A DNA stretch of 64,000 nt from contig OZ024743.1 in the NCBI GenBank assembly GCA_964016885.1, positions 179,986,001-180,050,000 of the forward strand, read 5' to 3'. The notes under the pieces were generated by a model that was not told where the DNA came from, made no database searches, and saw only the letters and a list, made by a program, of their open reading frames with translations. This DNA comes from Eledone cirrhosa. Lineage: Eukaryota. Below are positions 56,732 through 64,000 of this stretch, in pieces (within the stretch, counting starts at the first letter, position 1; the number at the start of each line of letters is the position of its first letter). The position numbers and the translations under genes were made by a program.

Positions 56732-56802
<71 letters not shown>

Positions 56803-56848
56803 ACCTATGGACGCAATTGTGTATATATATATGTAAATATATATGTGC

Positions 56849-56900
<52 letters not shown>

Positions 56901-56954
56901 CACCAATGGACACAATTTACATGCACCTTAACACCTATATATATATATATATAC

Positions 56955-57558
56955 GTAGGTCCCGGGTTGAGTCGGGGATAACCAGAGTAAGTAAGGTACT
57001 CAATACATGGCAGAGTAAAAATGTTTTATTGTATGGAAGTAGCTTCTACAGGACTAGTACTGTTTCATTCACATGAAATCTTCAGGAAGCTGGGTGTCAT
57101 ATTAAGTTCTTCTGGTATTTATACATTTAGGTAGTGGTAAGGGAGGGGTGGTTGCTGGGGGGGGGGGGGGTAGGATGATATTTAGATACACAGGACCACA
57201 ACATGGCACAGGTCGTTTTTTCTTTGGGGAGTGGTCAATTAGCCAGAGTGCTTTTTTGAAATAAATAAATAAGTAAATAAATAAATAAATAAATGAATAA
57301 ATAGATAAATGAATAAATAAATAAAGAAAATAAATAAAAAAAATAAATAAATAAAACCCCAAGAATAGTAATTCAACAGGTATATAGTAGGGAATTTTTT
57401 TAGGTGGGTTGGTAATAGAAGATAAACAAGACCGAATCATGGCACAGACTGAGGTGAGTGGTCAAGTTAACATACAAGCCACAGGTGGCCAGAGTGTTTT
57501 TGTAGAATGGAAAGAATAAAATATATTTACATACTCACAACCACATACATAAACACTT

Positions 57559-57605
<47 letters not shown>

Positions 57606-57727
57606 TACCCACACACACACATATATATACATATATATGCATATACACATATATACATATATACATATACATACATATGCGTGTGTGTGACATACATACA
57701 CATATATATACATACACATACATATAC

Positions 57728-57779
<52 letters not shown>

Positions 57780-60415
57780 TCACACACACACATATATATA
57801 TATATACACACAAGAGAAAACACAAACACACAAATATACACACACACACGCATACACATACACATATATATATATATCTACACATAAACACGTGCGCATA
57901 CACACATATATATATATATATACACACATACATGTATGCATGTCTCTCGGTATAAACTATACTATACATACACATAGATACATATGCACACACATACATA
58001 CATACACATACATACACACACACACAAACACATACATACACACATATATACATATATACATATACACACATACACACACATACATATATATACACATATA
58101 TATATATAAACACGCACTCGTTCGCACACATACATGTGTCTATAATATAATGGGAAAAGGTAGTGGGACAAATTTTAACTTTTAAACTGGGCCTGATAGA
58201 GGATTAAAATAATTAATATCACTACTAAGTTATTAATATTATCATCAAGTAATTAATTACTATTTATTATTTACTATTTACCATTCACTATTCGTTACCT
58301 ATCTTTTATCTTTTATCTATTCATTACCTAATCATTCACTCATTAATTAATAAATAAATGAATGAGTTAACCAACAAACAAACAAACAGACAGATAAACA
58401 AATAAACAAGTAAATAAATAAACAAATAAATAAATAAATAAATAAATAAGTAGATAAATAAATAAATAAGTAAATAAAGTAACTAAATAAATAAATAAAT
58501 ATACAGATAAATAGATAAATAAATCAAGAACGTGTGCGTGCAGCAGTTCATAACTGCACGTATGCAAACATGAGCAGGTACATACGTGAATTTGTGTGTG
58601 CGGCCACGGAACTTTACTCAGAGGTATACAACACAATATATGACCTGGAGGGGAGGAAAGAAGGTAATAATGAGAGATAGAGGGGAGGAAAGATGGTAAT
58701 AATGAGAGATGGAGGGACGGAATTGGGATGGGGGACGGGGGTGGGGTGGTGATATGAGGGGGATCAGTCGGGGGGCCGGGGGGGTCTGTAGTTTTTGTAA
58801 TTTGCATAGTTCTTGTGCATGCAATTAGGGGAGTGTTCCGAGATCTTGTTGAGGAGAGGGCCTTTGGCGAATAGAATCTCATAGCTCTCGGAGATACAGA
58901 AGTCACAGCAATTATGGCCTCCCGTGTAGGATCGCGCTCTCTGGAGTAGTCTCCATTGGGTCTTGAAGGGGATGGAGTTCGTTTAAGGTGCCAGATGAGG
59001 GCGGCGAGTGTAGTTTGGTTAGATTTGTCTGGGCGCCGGAACGAATGTGTGTGGGCGTACCAGCGAGTCTTAAAACTGTTAGAAGTCATCCCGATGTACG
59101 AGTTTCTTTTTTCATCGGGGCCTGAGAGTACATCGCATATATAGACGAGATCTTTTTTTAGACAGTTGTTGAAACTTCGCGGTTGAAGGGGGGGGGGGGT
59201 GTACCAGCTAATGTGCCTTCGCCTATTCTTCCTGGGTGGGCGTGGGGCTATACTAAGGTAGGTGATCTTATCTCTAAAGCCGCTGCGGGCCAGGGCCTCG
59301 TTGTAATAGGGGGGCTGCTGCTCTAAAGATATCTTCATTGGCGGCGAGGCTAGATATCCTAATGGAGACACTTTTCACTAGGTTGTCTAATATATTTTGG
59401 GGTGGTTAGAATTAACGTCTATATATCTAAGGGATTCATTAGGTTTGTGGTACGGGTAGTAAAGGGAAGTTTCTAAGTCGAGGGTAACGTCTAGGAAGTT
59501 AGCTTTAGTTAAGTTCGAATCTAAGGTAATCCTAAGGCCTAAGTTTTTAAAGAAGGTGTAAAGGTTTTTCCTGAACCCATCCGTGATCCTGGGGTTGATT
59601 TTGTGGAGGGAAAAGAGGCCGTCATCTCGGTAGAGACCGCCGGAGAAGCCTGTGAAGAGGGTCTTCAACCTGTGGAAGATGAACAGACCTACAAGGTCAC
59701 TAATTTCAGCTGAGTCGCTAGTACCCATGCTAACGTCGAAGGGGGTCTCAGATTTTTTGTTGATCCAGTGGGATCTGTCATGGTAAAGAAAAGTCTTACG
59801 TGCATGGAGGATCACATCCTGCTCGGCTTCGCTGATTGTGGTTAAGTTCCTGGCGAAGTTAATCGCGTCAATCAGCAGGCTCTCTGATATGGAGGCGTAG
59901 TAATCCTCGATGTCTAGCTGCAGGAAGCGGGTGTTGCTTTTGTCGCGCAAGTCCCGGAACCATGTGATTGCCTCTGATGTCCTATTCCAGAGTGGGAGGG
60001 GTGAGGCAGCACGTAGTCTAAGTAGAATCCCGTCCAGGATCTTCTTACTGACGGATCATATGTCAGACATGGTCGGGTTAATCAGCCGGACCGAGGGTTT
60101 ATTGTCGAAGTTGTTCTTGTGGTCTTTCAGGGTGAAGTGTGGGGACTTTACCCTCAGAGGTTCTGTCCGGTCTTCCAGTTTAAGGGAAGTGGCGATCTTC
60201 TTTCCGGCTATGTTTGTTTCAGTCAAAGTAGTGTCATCAACTTTTTTGTACTTTGCTGTGATGGCATTATCAGCAAGCTTGTTGTAGGTGTCGGGAATAA
60301 CCGCATAAGTGTTTTTAGTTTTGTCTGAAGGGACGTGGAGGTACGGAGAACTTTTTATTTTCAGAAGTTTCTCCTTTAAGTCCGTTTGGAAAGGTATGTT
60401 GTCTTTCCTGAATTT
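56955..60415 (-). mobile_element. Penelope-like element (Naiad-like), 5'-truncated with an internal deletion
   Basis: SDKT, TLKDHK, VRLINP, FDVSMG, GLYRDDGL, NFLDV, LVY..YIGMT. Long microsatellite-rich 3' UTR with a terminal HHR. Confidence 0.88.
57041..57091 (-). ncRNA. Canonical type I hammerhead ribozyme in PLE 3' pLTR
   Basis: AGCTTC-CTGAAGA-tTTCatgtGAAt-GAAA-CAGtactagtcCTG-TA-GAAGCT. Confidence 0.85.
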
Positions 60416-60428
60416 TATATATATATAT

Positions 60429-60701
60429 GTAGAAGTTATATTTAATTTGTTGGGATACAACAACCAAATATTTTTATAACTGATATAAAACACTCAACAA
60501 ATTTTTTGAGTAAAAATGCAATATATTAATAAATGGAAACTATATTTATAAAACCATTAATTTCATTATACATATTTCAAGGACACCAAAGCAAATTATG
60601 GTGCGCTTTTATCAGATAAAATATAATATAGATCAGTTTTATAAACAAATATTGACATACCCTTAAAAGAATGCGACCATGCCTGTTGGAAGCTCCCGGA
60701 T
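60429..60701 (-). mobile_element. Dispersed ~270-bp repeat with degenerate HHR, copy 3
   Basis: CTGATAA-AAG..CACCA/TGGTG..CTT-GAAA-TATG-TA on the minus strand. Flanked by (TA)n. Confidence 0.8.
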
Positions 60702-61131
60702 ATATATATATATAGAGAGAGAGAGGTTATCACATACATAAAATAAAATTAAATTAAATCAATGATACATATATGTGTTGCAACTGTTCACTTTTAAGCT
60801 CAATGAAGAATTAATAAGTTAAAATCAAAAGATCAGAGCATTACATCATAAAACGTGTCTATAGAATCAATCAGATATTAAAATATATACTATTTCTTCC
60901 TCTAATCAGCATAATTAACCATATATATAATCAAATCCAGCAAGCTTTAAGAGTAAATTTTCTAAGTGGGAAATCTCCGACAAATAATTGACCGCAGCCA
61001 GTTCGCGTTAACTCCGTTCCATTATTTATCAAATACTTCGGCCGCATGCAGAATCCGATCAAACATACCGTCAACCGCGCGTAATTAGTAGTAAAATTAA
61101 ACTTCGAAGAAATGCGCACATACCGTAATTA

Positions 61132-61212
61132 TATCTCGACCATGGTTTCTTCCTTGTTTAGGACATCCAAATAATATGGACTGTCCAGAGTCAGGATTTT
61201 CTTCAGGAGACA
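61132..61212 (-). ncRNA. Type I hammerhead ribozyme with extended stem II, intact core
   Basis: TGTCTC-CTGAAGA-aaaTCCT..GGACA.TCCA/TGGA TGTCC..AGGAa-GAAA-CCATGG-TC-GAGATA. Confidence 0.82.
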
Positions 61213-62053
61213 AACTCATAAATAGACATTTAATTTCTCGGACAGATCCCGCCAAATTTAGATTCAAAAATGGCTATGATCGCTATGTAGCTGTGTACCA
61301 GCCAGAGAGAAAGCGTGTGATTGGTCGCTTACGGCGGGTAGGCATGCTGCTAGAAAGCGCAGCCATATATCGCCAAATTTAATCTCAACCGATAGGGAGA
61401 TTATCAAATATAGAGGTTATCACATACATAAAATTAAATTAAATTAATTACGGTATGTGCGCATTTCTTCGAAGTTTAATTTTACTACTAATTACGCGCG
61501 GTTGACGGTATGTTTGATCGGATTCTGCATGCGGCCGAAGTATTTGATAAATAATGGAACGGAGTTAACGCGAACTGGCTGCGGTCAATTATTTGTCGGA
61601 GATTTCCCACTTAGAAAATTTACTCTTAAAGCTTGCTGGATTTGATTATATATATGGTTAATTATGCTGATTAGAGGAAGAAATAGTATATATTTTAATA
61701 TCTGATTGATTCTATAGACACGTTTTATGATGTAATGCTCTGATCTTTTGATTTTAACTTATTAATTCTTCATTGAGCTTAAAAGTGAACAGTTGCAACA
61801 CATATATGTATCATTGATTTAATTTAATTTAATTTTATGTATGTGATAACCTCTATATTTGATAATCTCCCTATCGGTTGAGATTAAATTTGGCGATATA
61901 TGGCTGCGCTTTCTAGCAGCATGCCTACCCGCCGTAAGCGACCAATCACACGCTTTCTCTCTGGCTGGTACACAGCTACATAGCGATCATAGCCATTTTT
62001 GAATCTAAATTTGGCGGGGTCTGTCCGAGAAATTAAATGTCTATTTATGAGTT

Positions 62054-62133
62054 TGTCTCCTGAAGAAAATCCTGACTCTGGACAGTCCATATCATTTGGA
62101 TGTCCTAAACAAGGAAGGAACATGGTCGAGATA
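62054..62133 (+). ncRNA. Second copy of the same hammerhead with a mutated GAAA box
   Basis: GAAACCATGGTC is changed to GGAACATGGTC. Confidence 0.7.
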
Positions 62134-62416
62134 TAATTACGGTATGTGCGCATTTCTTCGAAGTTTAATTTTACTACTAATTACGCGCGGTTGACGGTAT
62201 GTTTGATCGGATTCTGCATGCGGCCGAAGTATTTGATAAATAATGGAACGGAGTTAACGCGAACTGGCTGCGGTCAATTATTTGTCGGAGATTTCCCACT
62301 TAGAAAATTTACTCTTAAAGCTTGCTGGATTTGATTATATATATGGTTAATTATGCTGATTAGAGGAAGAAATAGTATATATTTTAATATCTGATTGATT
62401 CTATAGACACGTTTTA

Positions 62417-62520
<104 letters not shown>

Positions 62521-62690
62521 ATATATATAGAGAGAAAGAGAGATATACATATAAGTGTTAAGGTGCAAGTAAATTGCGTCCATAAGTGGTATGCCGAATG
62601 ACCACTCGATGCTCTTGAGGAGCAGAGTATCAATAGTATTAATATATAAGAAAGCAAAGAATCAGTGTTGCATCATATACATATTTAATT

Positions 62691-62782
62691 ACATATTACA
62701 TATGTTTCATTGTCGCTCAGCTCCAGGAAAGACCTATTAATGATCGAATCTGACCCTGGAATCGGGAGCTCTTCAGATATGT
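62691..62782 (-). ncRNA. Type I hammerhead with long stem II, related to 10322-10406
   Basis: ACATAT-CTGAAGA-GCTC..TCCAGG/CCTGGA..GAGC-gacaat-GAAA-CATATG-TA-ATATGT. Shares the flanking ATCAGTG.TGCATC with the 10.3-kb copy. Confidence 0.7.
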
Positions 62783-62845
62783 TTTAAAATGCAGGCTCTG
62801 AGAGTGGTTGATTGAACAGATTCCTTGTTCCCTTATATATTAATA

Positions 62846-62894
<49 letters not shown>

Positions 62895-62915
62895 TTTAAG
62901 CATTTTCTATATTAA

Positions 62916-62949
<34 letters not shown>

Positions 62950-63384
62950 GTTAGCCCCGGTGTTTACGGATTTACCCTGTAAACATACCGTGTTTCTTTA
63001 GAAATACGAAATTTCTATAGATATCTGTATACAGCTATGCTTGAAGCTAAATCCTATTTTATTATATATATATTTACATATCCACACACTCACATAAAAC
63101 TAAACGGGTTATCACCCCAATAGAATTGTCATAAAATATAAACACACATACGCACGGAATCACTACTATTAAAGACCAGAGACCAATTCTGTAGAATCAG
63201 GTTTATTCATTGACAGACCATGCCTTTGTGTGACCAACACATCCATGTTAAACCCTGCACGTGCACACACATATATCTATATATATATGCGCACACAGAA
63301 TTCACCACTGTCGGTTGCGGGGCCCAATCTACATGAAGATCAGAATGACTTGTATTTTAATTTCACTGCCCCAACTTCTTATAT

Positions 63385-63515
63385 TATGGAAAAAATATAT
63401 GTGTCTGTGTGTATATATATATATATATATTTGAAGGCCATTTCTCTGTGTGTGGGTGTATGTATGTGTGTGTGTGTGTGTGTGTGAGTATGTGTGTGCA
63501 TGTGGATGTATGTAT

Positions 63516-63550
<35 letters not shown>

Positions 63551-63771
63551 GGGTATCTGGATGTATGCGTATGTGTATATATATATATATATGCGTGTGT
63601 GTGTGTGTGTATATATGTGTGTGTATGTGTGTATATATATGTGTGTGTGTGTGTGTGTGTTTGTATGTGTGTATGTATATGTATATATATATGTGTGTGT
63701 GTATGTATGTGTGGGGGTGTGTGTGTGTGTGTATGTATGTGTGTATCTGGATGTATGTGTATGTATATATA

Positions 63772-63830
<59 letters not shown>

Positions 63831-63899
63831 ATGTGTATATATATGTGTGTGTGTGTGTATGTGTGTATGTATATGTATGTGTGTGTGTATGTATGTGTG

Positions 63900-63936
<37 letters not shown>

Positions 63937-63980
63937 GTATATGTATGTATGTGTGGATGAAGGTATGTGTGTATATATAG
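63385..63980. repeat. Compound (TG)n/(TA)n/(TATG)n microsatellite, representative of dozens of such tracts in the window
   Basis: Directly visible. Similar tracts at 3330-3740, 7660-7794, 8743-8884, 15293-15464, 27086-27247, 44240-44760, 47760-47990 and 57540-58110. Confidence 0.97.
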
Positions 63981-64000
63981 GTGTAAGTGCACTAAATCCT

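Larger units (their letters stand above)
51394..56737 (-). mobile_element. Full-length Neptune-type Penelope-like element with direct partial pLTRs and an inverted 5' appendage
   Basis: ORF 56329-52901 (LSKGLKFTPTP, ADKG, YGLPKIHK, RPIV, SFDVENLY, GTAMG, RYLDD, CGRSNCGTC, YAIKC..YIGQT). pLTR at 51394-51520 and 56352-56462, inverted copy at 56545-56737. (TA)n flanks. Confidence 0.92.

Noticed and set aside
60931-62334. Triplicated 62-aa and duplicated 68/89-aa ORFs as a gene cluster
   Set aside because: Identity simply reflects the recent repeat. There are no recognisable domains, and the longer ORF differs at its start between copies.

Overview
AT-rich, microsatellite-saturated eukaryotic DNA with no recognisable host gene. 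Most ORFs in the track are translations of (TA)n, (CA)n or (TACA)n tracts. The SINE family present suggests an octopus or other cephalopod genome (inference). The window is a pile-up of decayed mobile elements: four Penelope-like retroelements (RT plus GIY-YIG), two R4/Dong families (RT plus RLE) sitting in (TACA)n tracts, an RNase H-bearing Ingi/I-type LINE, RTE, CR1 and CRE fragments, about a dozen tRNA-SINEs, and non-autonomous Helitrons. The signal the ORF track misses is RNA-level. By eye I find about 20 hammerhead ribozyme (HHR) motifs from several unrelated families, including U3-A8 and U4C core variants, mostly with palindromic stem III. They occur in PLE termini, in solo fragments, in a perfect 195-bp-arm palindrome, and in non-coding tandem monomers of 690 bp and 624 bp that resemble retrozymes. 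All folds and boundaries were read manually and need computational confirmation.
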